Positions 46,561 through 55,231 of a stretch of DNA of 64,000 nt are shown here, in pieces. The position numbers and the translations under genes are program-made. The first letter of the stretch is position 1. Each line of letters opens with the position of its first letter. The notes under the pieces are model-generated. The model was not told where the DNA came from and searched no databases. It saw nothing but the letters and a program-made list of their open reading frames with translations. This DNA is from Candidatus Eiseniibacteriota bacterium (GTDB taxonomy: Bacteria; Joyebacterota; Joyebacteria; Joyebacterales; Joyebacteraceae), in assembly GCA_043815815.1 (NCBI GenBank), contig JBDRIO010000003.1, positions 28,360-92,359 of the forward strand, given 5' to 3'.

Positions 46561-47949
46561 TCAGGGCCCGTCCGCGCTCATCCACTCCAGGGGGAATCCC
46601 GGGTCGAGCCTGACGATCTCGAACAACGTTGCCACGTACTCGCCGTCGTCTCCAGCGCGGTACGGACTGACGAACTCCCACACGATGGCTCCGTCCGGAG
46701 TGACCTCGATCGCGCGGCCGTTGTCCGACTCGGTCAAGAGCGTGTTGCCGTTCGGAAGGCGTTGATTCGAGCCGCACGACGACGTGTAGAAGAGCGCGCT
46801 TTCGCTGCCCTCGTACCTCCAGAAGACTTCCTGAGACAGCGGGTCGAGTTCGACGGAACTCGACGCTCCGGGGTGGGCCTCGTTGTCGAAGACGAGCATG
46901 CGCCCGTTCGGGAGCATCGTCGGCTGATGCTGCTGACGCCACCGCCCCGCCAGCGCCCACGGGACCGTCTCGCCATCGAGGTCGACGACCGCGACCGTGT
47001 CCAGCATGAGGATGGAGATGAGCACGTTCCCTCGCGCGAACGCCGGCGACGAACTCTCGAGCGTGCCGTCCAGGACCTCGAGCGTGTTCGTGTGGAAGAT
47101 GTCGCCGGGCTCGCGCACGCGTCTGAGGAGCGGCTCGAAGTCCGAACGCTCCAGCGCCTTCAGTATCGAGACCCTGCGGACGAGTTCGCCCTCGGGGCTC
47201 AGCGCGGCGATGAAGTCCTCCAGCACGGGAAACTCGTCGTGGAACCGCGGAACGATCCTGGGCTCGCGCTCGAGAACGAGTATCGTCCCGTCCTCGAGGA
47301 CGTCGAGGTCGTGGTGGCAGAACCCGTCGTACACCCACAGCAGCTTCGACTCGCTGTCGAGTTTGATGAGCCCCAGTCCCTCGAAGATGGCCAGCACGTC
47401 GCCGTTGGGGTACAGGTGAGCCCGTCTCCAGAAGTGCTGGCTCTCCTCGCCCCGCGGGAGCACCCGGCCCGGCCAGACGTCCTCGAAGCTCCGGGCCCAC
47501 CTGTGGAGCACGCGCCCGTCCATGTCGGCGAGCAGCGCCTCGGGCGCGTGCCCCGAGACGACGAAGTTCAGGCCCTCGAACGCGGACGCCGCGTCGTGAA
47601 CGGTCACTCCGGCGTCGGCGCCCGCCGGGACGGAGCCGCCGACGTATCCGAGCGCCATCAGGCGCTCGACCTCCGCGAGCTGCTCGTCGCTGAGTTCCGC
47701 GTCGGCCAGCTCGCCGCGGACCGGCCGCCACCGCCCCGGGGCGACCTCGCGCTGACCTGCCCGGCCCTCAAGGCGCCTCGCGATGGAGGTCAACTGCCTG
47801 TACGGGAACGCGCGGGTCCGGACCACGAATACACCGGAGGCGAACCCGACGCCGAACACGACGAGCGCCAGGAGCACCACGCCGACGACGCGTCGCGCTC
47901 TGCGCGGCCGGTGGCCGGCCCCCTCGTTCCTGCCTGCGTCTGCTCGCAT
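46561..47949 (-). CDS. ASST-like beta-propeller protein, paralogue B1
   Basis: Start trimmed to ATG 47949 (GAGG upstream; 10 nt after the B2 stop), followed by a TM anchor. Motifs are FPY, GRWR, AEVERLMALGYVGG, CHHDLDVLEDGTILVL, FHTNTLEVLDG and QHQPTMLPNGRMLVFDNE. Confidence 0.6.
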   Translation of the reverse strand: MRADAGRNEGAGHRPRRARRVVGVVLLALVVFGVGFASGVFVVRTRAFPYRQLTSIARRLEGRAGQREVAPGRWRPVRGELADAELSDEQLAEVERLMALGYVGGSVPAGADAGVTVHDAASAFEGLNFVVSGHAPEALLADMDGRVLHRWARSFEDVWPGRVLPRGEESQHFWRRAHLYPNGDVLAIFEGLGLIKLDSESKLLWVYDGFCHHDLDVLEDGTILVLEREPRIVPRFHDEFPVLEDFIAALSPEGELVRRVSILKALERSDFEPLLRRVREPGDIFHTNTLEVLDGTLESSSPAFARGNVLISILMLDTVAVVDLDGETVPWALAGRWRQQHQPTMLPNGRMLVFDNEAHPGASSSVELDPLSQEVFWRYEGSESALFYTSSCGSNQRLPNGNTLLTESDNGRAIEVTPDGAIVWEFVSPYRAGDDGEYVATLFEIVRLDPGFPLEWMSADGP

Positions 47950-47959
47950 CAAGCGCACC

Positions 47960-49408
47960 TCACTTCGCGGCCCGCGCCCAGTCGATGGGGGTGTCGGGCG
48001 ACAGCCGCACCATCTCGTAGAGCGAGGCAATGAGTTCGTCGTTCTGGCCCGCGCGCATCGGGTTCACGAACTCCCAGACGATCCCGCCGTCCGGCGTGAC
48101 CTCGATGGCGCGCCCGTTGTCGCTCTCGGTGATGAGCGTGTTGCCGTTGGGAAGCCTCTGACAGGATCCGGACGCCTGCGAGTAGAGCCCGCCGGGCGCG
48201 TTGCCGTCGTACGACCAGCGCACGTCCTGCGTCAGGGGGTCGAACTCCACCACCTCCGAGATCGCCTCTCCCCTGGCGTCCGTCCCCGCCTCGTTGTTGA
48301 AGAGGAGCATCCGACCGTCCGGAAGAAACGTCGGCTGGTGCTGTCGGTCCCACCGACCGACGAGCGCCCAGACCACGGAGCCCGCCTCCATGTCGATCAC
48401 GGCGATCGTGTCGACCTCACGAAGGGAGACGAGCACGTTGCCTCGCCGAAACGCGGGACTCGCGTCGGCGAACGTCCCGTCCAGGACCTCCAGCGTGTTC
48501 GTGTGAAGGATGTCGCCCCACTCGGGCATGGCGCGAAGAACCGGCGCGTAGTCCGAGTTCTCGAACGCCTGGAGGAGGGACAGGCGCATCCTGGGCGAGC
48601 CGTCCGGGTCGAGCACTGCTATGAAGTCCTCTGACACCGGCTGTCGCTCGTGCACGCGTGGTACCAGCCGGAGTTCGTGTTCCAGAACGTAGATGGTGCC
48701 GTCGTCCAAGACGTCGAGATCGTGGTGGTTGCCGTGAAGACGAGACCAGATGAGTCGGGAGTCGCTGTCGAGCTTCACAAGCCCCAGGTAGTCGTAGATG
48801 GCGAGGAGCTCCCCGTTCTCGAGGAGCCGCGCCCTGCGCCAGACCTGGCCCGCAGGGTCCTGGACGGGGCCGTCGTAGTCCGGCCAGACGTCCAGGAACC
48901 CGAGGGTCCAGCTATGGAGGACGTTCCCGTCCATGTCGAGCAGGAAGGCCTCGGGACCGTGCCCGGAGGTGTACATGTTGTACCCGTCGTACGCCTTCCG
49001 CACGTCACGGTGGGTGACACCTCCCTCGCCGGAGGCGGGCTTCGAGCCGGCCAGGTAGCCGAGCGTCATGAGCTCGCGGAGCTCCGCCTCTTCCTCGGGC
49101 GTGAGAGCCCGGACCTGCGCCGGGCCGCGCGCCTCGCTCCAGCGTCCGGACGGCTTGTCGCGGACCTCGCTCTCGATGCGTCCGGCGCCGCGTCGCAGGG
49201 AGCTCGTGACCGTGTGCGCTAGTTCGTAGGGGAAGATCCCCGTACGCACCACCAGCGTTCCGTAGGCGGTCCCCAGCCCGAACGCCACAAGCAGGACGAC
49301 GATTCGCGCGAGCGCGCGGGCGGGACCTCCTCCGCGACCCGCGACGACCCCTCGCCCGCGGCCTGGCGCCGCTCCGAATGCGGAGCCGACTCCGGGGAGA
49401 ACGCTCAC
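47960..49408 (-). CDS. ASST-like beta-propeller protein, paralogue B2
   Basis: GTG 49408 overlaps the B3 stop (GTGA). It has a TM anchor (IVVLLVAFGLGTAYGTLVV) and the same motif series. The remainder of the 916-aa track ORF is off-frame overlap with B3. Confidence 0.6.
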   Translation of the reverse strand: MSVLPGVGSAFGAAPGRGRGVVAGRGGGPARALARIVVLLVAFGLGTAYGTLVVRTGIFPYELAHTVTSSLRRGAGRIESEVRDKPSGRWSEARGPAQVRALTPEEEAELRELMTLGYLAGSKPASGEGGVTHRDVRKAYDGYNMYTSGHGPEAFLLDMDGNVLHSWTLGFLDVWPDYDGPVQDPAGQVWRRARLLENGELLAIYDYLGLVKLDSDSRLIWSRLHGNHHDLDVLDDGTIYVLEHELRLVPRVHERQPVSEDFIAVLDPDGSPRMRLSLLQAFENSDYAPVLRAMPEWGDILHTNTLEVLDGTFADASPAFRRGNVLVSLREVDTIAVIDMEAGSVVWALVGRWDRQHQPTFLPDGRMLLFNNEAGTDARGEAISEVVEFDPLTQDVRWSYDGNAPGGLYSQASGSCQRLPNGNTLITESDNGRAIEVTPDGGIVWEFVNPMRAGQNDELIASLYEMVRLSPDTPIDWARAAK

Positions 49409-50808
49409 ATGCCCTCCCCGAGCCAGCCGGCCCCGAAGGACTCGGGCAACCTGACGGCCTCCAGCAGCGTGGCGATGAGTTCGCCGTCCTCTCCGGCCCT
49501 GAAGGGGCTCACGAACTCCCACACGATCGTCCCGCCGGGGGTCACCTCGAGCGCGCGCCCGTTGTCGGACTCGGTGATGAGGGTGTTGCCGTTGGGCAAC
49601 CTCTGACAGGAACCACAGGTCTCGCTGTAGAGCGGACGCCCGGCGGTGCCGGAGTAGGTCCAGAAGGTCGTCTGCGTGAACGGGTCCAGTTCGACGACCG
49701 AGGACCCCCTCGGGCCCGTGGGCGCGCCGCCCGCAGCGACCGGACCTGCCTCGTTGTTGAAGACCATGAGGTGCCCGTTCCCGAGCACGGTCGGCTGATG
49801 CTGCCGGCTCCAGCGCCCGGTCAGCGCCCAGACGACCTCCTCGGACTCCATATCGACGACCACCACAGCCTCTATGTTGCGGACACAGAGCAGCACGTTG
49901 CCGGCACGGAACGCCGGGGACACGTGCGCCAGACTTCCGTCCAGGACCTCTATCGTGTTCGTGTGGAAGACGTCCCCGGCCTCCGGCGTCCTCTGGAGCA
50001 GCGGCGCGTACGGCGACCGCTCGAACGCCTCGAGGAGCGACACGCGGCGCAGCAACCTGCCGTCCGGGCTCAGAACGGACACGCAATCGACGAGGACCGG
50101 CCGGTTCTCGCTGAACCTGGAGATGACGCCCGCTTCCTGCTCGAGCGCGTAGATGAGTCCGTCCTCCGTCACGCACAGGTCGTGGTGGCACGCTCCCGGG
50201 TACGACCAGAGCAGATTCGAACGCGCGTCCAGCTTGACGAGGCCCAGCCTGTCGTATATCGCGAGGAGGTCGCCGTTCGGAAAGACGTGCGCGCGCCGCC
50301 AGAACTGCGCGTCCCGATCGTCGCGCGCCCCCGACGCGTCGGGCCACACGTCGAAGAAGTCGTACGACCACCTGTGCAACACGCGCCCCTCCATGTCGAC
50401 GAGGAGCGCCACGGGGCCGTGCCCCGACACGATGAGGTTCACCCCGGGCAGGGCCGACTCCCGGTCGTGCGCGGTGACGCCTGCCACCGCGGGGGTCGGT
50501 CGCGAGCCGGACGTGTGCCCGAGGGCCATGAGCCGTTCTACCTCGGCCCGTTGGTCGTCCGAGAGCCCGCTCGGACGGTCGTCCGCGCGCCAGGCGCGGA
50601 ACCGACCCGGGACGGCATCGGACGCCGTGGTCGACCCTCTGCCGCTCAGGAGCGACCGCGCGGCGGCCAGCTGTGGATAGGGGAAGACACCCCGGCGACC
50701 GGTCGGCCACCCGTACACGAAGCCGCAGACGAAGACGAGGACGACCAGGACGACGAAGCGCAGGGGCCTTCGCCGACCGCCGGCTCGCTGCCTCTGCGCC
50801 GCTGTCAT
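49405..50808 (-). CDS. ASST-like beta-propeller protein, paralogue B3
   Basis: Start trimmed to ATG 50808 (AGGAGAGGG upstream). It has a TM anchor (FVVLVVLVFVCGFVYG) and the same motif series. Confidence 0.6.
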   Translation of the reverse strand: MTAAQRQRAGGRRRPLRFVVLVVLVFVCGFVYGWPTGRRGVFPYPQLAAARSLLSGRGSTTASDAVPGRFRAWRADDRPSGLSDDQRAEVERLMALGHTSGSRPTPAVAGVTAHDRESALPGVNLIVSGHGPVALLVDMEGRVLHRWSYDFFDVWPDASGARDDRDAQFWRRAHVFPNGDLLAIYDRLGLVKLDARSNLLWSYPGACHHDLCVTEDGLIYALEQEAGVISRFSENRPVLVDCVSVLSPDGRLLRRVSLLEAFERSPYAPLLQRTPEAGDVFHTNTIEVLDGSLAHVSPAFRAGNVLLCVRNIEAVVVVDMESEEVVWALTGRWSRQHQPTVLGNGHLMVFNNEAGPVAAGGAPTGPRGSSVVELDPFTQTTFWTYSGTAGRPLYSETCGSCQRLPNGNTLITESDNGRALEVTPGGTIVWEFVSPFRAGEDGELIATLLEAVRLPESFGAGWLGEGM

Positions 50809-50994
50809 GCCCTCTCCTGTAGCGCCGACAACTCGTTTCCTCTTGATGGGGCCGAGAGTCGCGTACGGCGGAACGGGACCTCTACCGGGCCGGCCTCGTG
50901 CTGTCTGTTCTCCCGGGCTCCTCTGCCAGCGCGAGTCTAGCATCAAACTCCACCCCTCCGAAACGCGTTGTTCCCGAGGTTCGGGGCCTCCCCA

Positions 50995-51023
50995 TTGACC
51001 CGGAGGGCCTGTCGCGATATCAT
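50995..51023 (+). promoter_or_regulatory. Sigma70-type promoter
   Basis: TTGACC (50995..51000), a 17-nt spacer, then TATCAT (51018..51023). Confidence 0.55.
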
Positions 51024-51070
51024 GTCTTGCACACGAGATTGGCTCCCTGCGCACACGGAGCTGGGACAGC

Positions 51071-52117
51071 ATGCGAACTCAATCAAAGAGCGCCTGGTCC
51101 ACCGTCGCGCCCGCCGCGGGCGCGGGGTTCGTCGTGCTCGTCCTTGCGACACAACTCCTCGCCAGCACGGTCTTCGTGTCATCGGACGGCCTGGGAGACT
51201 ACCCCGACATCCAGGCCGCGATCGACGCCGTGCCCGACAGCAGCACGGTCTATCTGCTGCAGGGCACGTACACGGGCTACGGCAACCGCGGCGTCGTGCT
51301 CAGCGGGAAGAACGTGTCCCTTCTCGTCTTCGGGCCGCCGGGCTCCGCGGTCATCGACTGCCAGGGCGGCGACAGAGCCCTCGAGGTCGGCGCGGGCGTC
51401 GACTCCACGTCGGTCATAGACGGTATCACGTTCCGGAACGGAAACGCGCGGAGCGGGAGCGGTGGCGCCGTCTACTGTGAGAGCGGGGGACCGAAGATCC
51501 TGAACTGCTCGTTCGCCGACAACTCCGCCACGTACGGCGGGGCCCTGCGGTCGAACGGCGAGCCGGCGCCCATCGTCAGAGGGTGCGTCTTCACCGGCAA
51601 CAGCGGGGTCTACGGAGGCGCGATCGACGCGAGGGAGGTCGCGATCCGGGTGGAGAACTCGACCTTCACCGGCAACTCCGCAAGCCGCGGAGGAGCCATG
51701 AACTTCTTCGACTCCTCCCCCACGATCTCGAACTGCACGATGTGCATGAACTCCGCGGACTTCGGAGCGGCCGTGAAGCTGGACCAGAGCTCTGCGCTGA
51801 TCGTGCGATGCATCGTGGCGCTCAACCGAACGAACGAGGCACTGTACGGTGAGGAGAGCTCAGAGACGAGTTACTCGTGCGTGTTCGGGAACGCGGACGG
51901 CGACGAGGTCGACGGCAACGCCCACCACAACTCTACGGTCGATCCTCTCCTCTGTGACGCCGAGGGTGGTGACTATCACCTGTGCTCGAACTCCTATTGC
52001 CTGCCCTCAGGTAACCCGTGGAGCGTCCACATAGGACACCAGGCCCAGGGTTGCGCGAGCTGTATGTCCCCCGTGAGTGAGATGTCCTGGGGCGCTCTCA
52101 AGGCCCGCTACCGCTGA
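51071..52117 (+). CDS. Secreted right-handed parallel beta-helix repeat protein with the C-terminal tag
   Basis: 348 aa with an N-terminal signal/anchor segment. It has repeated GGA(V/L/I/M)-type turns (SGGAVYC, YGGALRS, YGGAIDA, RGGAMNF). The tail is ...GCASCMSPVSEMSWGALKARYR*. Confidence 0.75.
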   Translation: MRTQSKSAWSTVAPAAGAGFVVLVLATQLLASTVFVSSDGLGDYPDIQAAIDAVPDSSTVYLLQGTYTGYGNRGVVLSGKNVSLLVFGPPGSAVIDCQGGDRALEVGAGVDSTSVIDGITFRNGNARSGSGGAVYCESGGPKILNCSFADNSATYGGALRSNGEPAPIVRGCVFTGNSGVYGGAIDAREVAIRVENSTFTGNSASRGGAMNFFDSSPTISNCTMCMNSADFGAAVKLDQSSALIVRCIVALNRTNEALYGEESSETSYSCVFGNADGDEVDGNAHHNSTVDPLLCDAEGGDYHLCSNSYCLPSGNPWSVHIGHQAQGCASCMSPVSEMSWGALKARYR

Positions 52118-52265
52118 CGTTCTCAGGCCCCTCTGCCGCCAGCGTTCTCAAGCCCGTCTGCCGCCGGCGCTCTCAAGCCCCTCTACCACCGGCGCTCTCA
52201 AGCCCCTCTACCGCCGGCGCTATCGAGTCCTTCCATCCCCACCGCTGTCAGGACCCTCCGTCGCG
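52091..52265. repeat. 25-bp tandem array, 7 units; the first unit is the tag-coding 3' end of the preceding gene
   Basis: The anchor t(c/a/g)tc(a/g)(a/g)g recurs at 52096, 52121, 52146, 52171, 52196, 52221 and 52246, an exact 25-bp period. Units look like ggcgctctcaagcccctctaccgcc, versus the coding sequence ggcgctctcaaggcccgctaccgct(ga). Confidence 0.9.
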
Positions 52266-52436
52266 CAGCCCCGCGTCGTCAGCGCCCCCGCGTCTCCGCG
52301 AGCGCTCAGCCTGGTTCCTCCGTCTGAGCTGGCTTGATTCTCGCTACCCTCTCTCTCACCGCAAGCTCGCATGGAACGAGCACTTCATGCGCGACGCGCA
52401 TAAGCTGTGACACGTCGTCCTGTACGCAGAAGACGC

Positions 52437-52465
52437 TTGACAACTTTCATGCTCGCGCCTATACT
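52437..52465 (+). promoter_or_regulatory. Sigma70-type promoter
   Basis: TTGACA (52437..52442), a 17-nt spacer, then TATACT (52460..52465). Confidence 0.65.
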
Positions 52466-52492
52466 CCGCGCAACTTGAGCCCGGGAGTGCCC

Positions 52493-55048
52493 ATGCTCTG
52501 CGCAATTGCGCGCGTGGTCTATGGACAGTTGTATCCAACGCCCGCGAACCTCACGCGGCACGTCGTTCTGTGCCTCGCGGTCGTCGCGCTCGCTGCCTCC
52601 CCCGCTCTCGCCGACAACCCTCCGGATTCGGACTCGACCGGCCACGTGCTCATCGGCATGACGCCCGGGCAGGGGTTCGAGGTCTCCTGCGAGGACTCCG
52701 TCCTGTTCCTGGACCCCGTCGTCGCCAGTGACCTCGGGATCCTCGAGTTCCACATAGAGGGTCGGCACGGCCCCTTCCCCAACACCGTGTGCATTCGGAT
52801 CCCGGCGCCGCCGCAGATCATGTCGGTGCACGCCTCCGCGCTCGCCGACGTATCCGCCACCATAAGCTGGCTCACGGACCGCCCGGCCACTTCGCGCGTG
52901 GAGTACGGCCTCACGGGTTCGTACGGCATGGCGACGCCCGAGGACCCGACGCTCGTCGTCTCCCACGACGTCCCGCTCACGTATCTCGAGCCGGAACTCA
53001 CTTATCACTACCGTGTCGTCTCGACGGACGCCTTCGGGAATCAGACCTTCGGCGGCGACCGGACGTTCACGACGCTCCCGCCGCACCCAACGCTCTCCGG
53101 GGTCTCGGTGAGCGGCGTCACGGAGACGTCGTTCGATGTGACCTGGGCCACGAGCAGCCCGTGCGACTCGTACGTCGAGTACGGACCGACGGACTCCTAC
53201 GGAGCCATCACGCCGACGTCCCAGGAGTTCCAGACCGACCATGTGGCGACGGTGAGCGGCCTCATTCCCGGCGCAACGTATCACTTCCGGGCCTGCGGGA
53301 CCGACGATCTGGGCAGAGCGGTCTGCTCGCCGGACTTCAGCGCGACGACCCTCGCCGGGGCTCTTGTGGTATTCAACCTCTCGGTGACCGACACGACAGC
53401 GACGAGCGCGATGATCGAGTGGCAGACCACCCGACCAGCGTCGTCCTGGGTGCTGTACGGTCAATCCGACGTCTCCGAGAACCAGACGGGCAACAACGAC
53501 CTCGTCACGGATCACCAGATCACCATCGACGGACTGGAGCCCAACACGCTCTACATCTTCCGGGTGCTGTCGATGAGCGCATCCGGATCGTACGACGAGT
53601 CGGACGTGCATCAGTTCGAGACGCCCTGCTACCCGCTCGAGATAGGCGGACCTCTCATCGCCGGCAGGACACACACCACGGTGACGGTCTCCTGGACGAC
53701 CAGCAGGCCGGCGGACGGCCGCATCGAGTACGGGGAGGACGAGAGCTACGGACAGGTCGCGGATGGCGATCCGGATCTGTCACTCGGGCACGAGGTGACC
53801 ATAGAGGGTCTCTCGGCCGGCATGCGGTACCACGTTCGCGCGGTCAGCACCGACGCCAACGCGTGCACGGCCCGTTCTCCGGACGTCGTAGTGTCTACCG
53901 AGCCGTACGCCCTCTCGCTCTTCTCCGTGTCCGTGCCGGAGACGACGGCCACCTCGGCGACGATCTCATGGCAGACGAACAACGCGTCCGCCTGCCGCGT
54001 GGAGTACGGGCCCACGGCCAACTACGGTTTCTTCAGTGAGGAGAACCCCTTCCCGCTGACCGAGCACACCGTCGTTCTGGGCGACCTGGCCCCGAGAACG
54101 CTCTACTACTTCCGGATACACGCGACAGACACACACGGACAGAACGCAATCTCGGCGCGCCTCCAGTTCTCGACGCCGAACCAGGACGGCCCTGGAGGGC
54201 TTCTCATACACGGGGTCGTCGCCAACCAGATCGGCCCCACCTTCGCCGCCATCTGCTGGCAGACCAACGCCGACGCCACGTCGACGGTGCACTACGGGAC
54301 GACGCCGGAGCTGGGCCTCACTGCTTGGGACCAGGAGATGACGTCCGACCACTGTCTGGTTCTGACGGGGCTCGCTCCGGGCACGCGCTACTACTACCGC
54401 GTGAGTTCAGAGGACGGCGGTCAGTTCACGGCCGAGTCGCAGATGTACAGTTTCCTCACGCCCTCGCACGACAATGTGGCGCCGGGTGCCCCGGACGGGC
54501 TGACGGCGTCTCAGTGCCACGAGGGCGTTCGGCTCTTGTGGAACGCAGGACCGGAGTTCGATCTCGACGGGTACCGCGTGTATCGCCGCGTGGAGGACGA
54601 CACGCACTTCGACAGGGTCGCGGAGCTCTCGCAGTACGAGACGTCCTGGGTCGACGACGGCGTCGTCGAGCGCTGGACGTACGAGTACGCGGTGACCGCG
54701 CTCGACCTCGAAGGCAACGAGAGCGGACTCTCGCCCATCGTCGCGGTGACCGCGGGCACGAGCGCGTCGGGACGGCTCTGGGTCTATCCGAACCCCGTGA
54801 CGCAGAAGACGACCACGATCAGCTTCGCGGCGCCGTACGATTGCGACGGTTCGTTCACCGTGTCGATCTACGACGCGCGGGGCAGGCTCGTGAAGACGGT
54901 AGCGAAGGGCCGTGCCGGCAGGGACGTCTCGTCGGTCCTGTGGAACACTCGTGACAACACGGACAACCCTGTGTCCAGCGGCATCTACTTCTGCGTCGTC
55001 TCGTTCTCCTCCCAGTCGGTTCGCTCCAAGATCATGGTCGTTCGCTGA
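52493..55048 (+). CDS. Secreted protein with six tandem FN3/purple-acid-phosphatase-N-like modules, one more FN3 domain and a T9SS C-terminal domain
   Basis: Start trimmed to ATG 52493, downstream of the promoter. The repeated module is (A/V)TISW.T..PA.S.VEYG.T..YG...........H.V.L..L.P.T.Y(H/Y)(Y/F)R, six times. The CTD is ...YPNPVTQKTTTISFAAP...SGIYFCVVSFSSQSVRSKIMVVR*. Confidence 0.8.
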   Translation: MLCAIARVVYGQLYPTPANLTRHVVLCLAVVALAASPALADNPPDSDSTGHVLIGMTPGQGFEVSCEDSVLFLDPVVASDLGILEFHIEGRHGPFPNTVCIRIPAPPQIMSVHASALADVSATISWLTDRPATSRVEYGLTGSYGMATPEDPTLVVSHDVPLTYLEPELTYHYRVVSTDAFGNQTFGGDRTFTTLPPHPTLSGVSVSGVTETSFDVTWATSSPCDSYVEYGPTDSYGAITPTSQEFQTDHVATVSGLIPGATYHFRACGTDDLGRAVCSPDFSATTLAGALVVFNLSVTDTTATSAMIEWQTTRPASSWVLYGQSDVSENQTGNNDLVTDHQITIDGLEPNTLYIFRVLSMSASGSYDESDVHQFETPCYPLEIGGPLIAGRTHTTVTVSWTTSRPADGRIEYGEDESYGQVADGDPDLSLGHEVTIEGLSAGMRYHVRAVSTDANACTARSPDVVVSTEPYALSLFSVSVPETTATSATISWQTNNASACRVEYGPTANYGFFSEENPFPLTEHTVVLGDLAPRTLYYFRIHATDTHGQNAISARLQFSTPNQDGPGGLLIHGVVANQIGPTFAAICWQTNADATSTVHYGTTPELGLTAWDQEMTSDHCLVLTGLAPGTRYYYRVSSEDGGQFTAESQMYSFLTPSHDNVAPGAPDGLTASQCHEGVRLLWNAGPEFDLDGYRVYRRVEDDTHFDRVAELSQYETSWVDDGVVERWTYEYAVTALDLEGNESGLSPIVAVTAGTSASGRLWVYPNPVTQKTTTISFAAPYDCDGSFTVSIYDARGRLVKTVAKGRAGRDVSSVLWNTRDNTDNPVSSGIYFCVVSFSSQSVRSKIMVVR

Positions 55049-55231
55049 CCCACCATCTGCTTTCGCCCTTGAATAGATCCGTGCATGCGCTAGTCTGTAC
55101 GTCAGCAGACGGGCGGCAGTTCGTGCGCGTGGAAACGGGCAGCAGTTCGTGTGCGGGAAAGCAGGCACCCACGTTGCGGCCCCCCCACAGGCGGGTCCGC
55201 GGCGCAATCGTACGGAGATGGAGGTGAAGAC

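Noticed and set aside
47960-50710. A 916-aa ORF suggesting one giant protein
   Set aside because: Only the C-terminal 482 codons (from GTG 49408) are sensible. The upstream two-thirds is an off-frame overlap of paralogue B3, which has its own SD, start and motifs.
50809-50994. Promoter for the B3-B2-B1 triad
   Set aside because: Only a -10-like TAGACT with a poor -35 (TTCGGA) was found, which is too weak to annotate.
52091-52265. Possible CRISPR array
   Set aside because: The 25-bp units are directly abutting with no spacers. They degenerate progressively and derive from the adjacent gene's 3' end. No cas genes are present.
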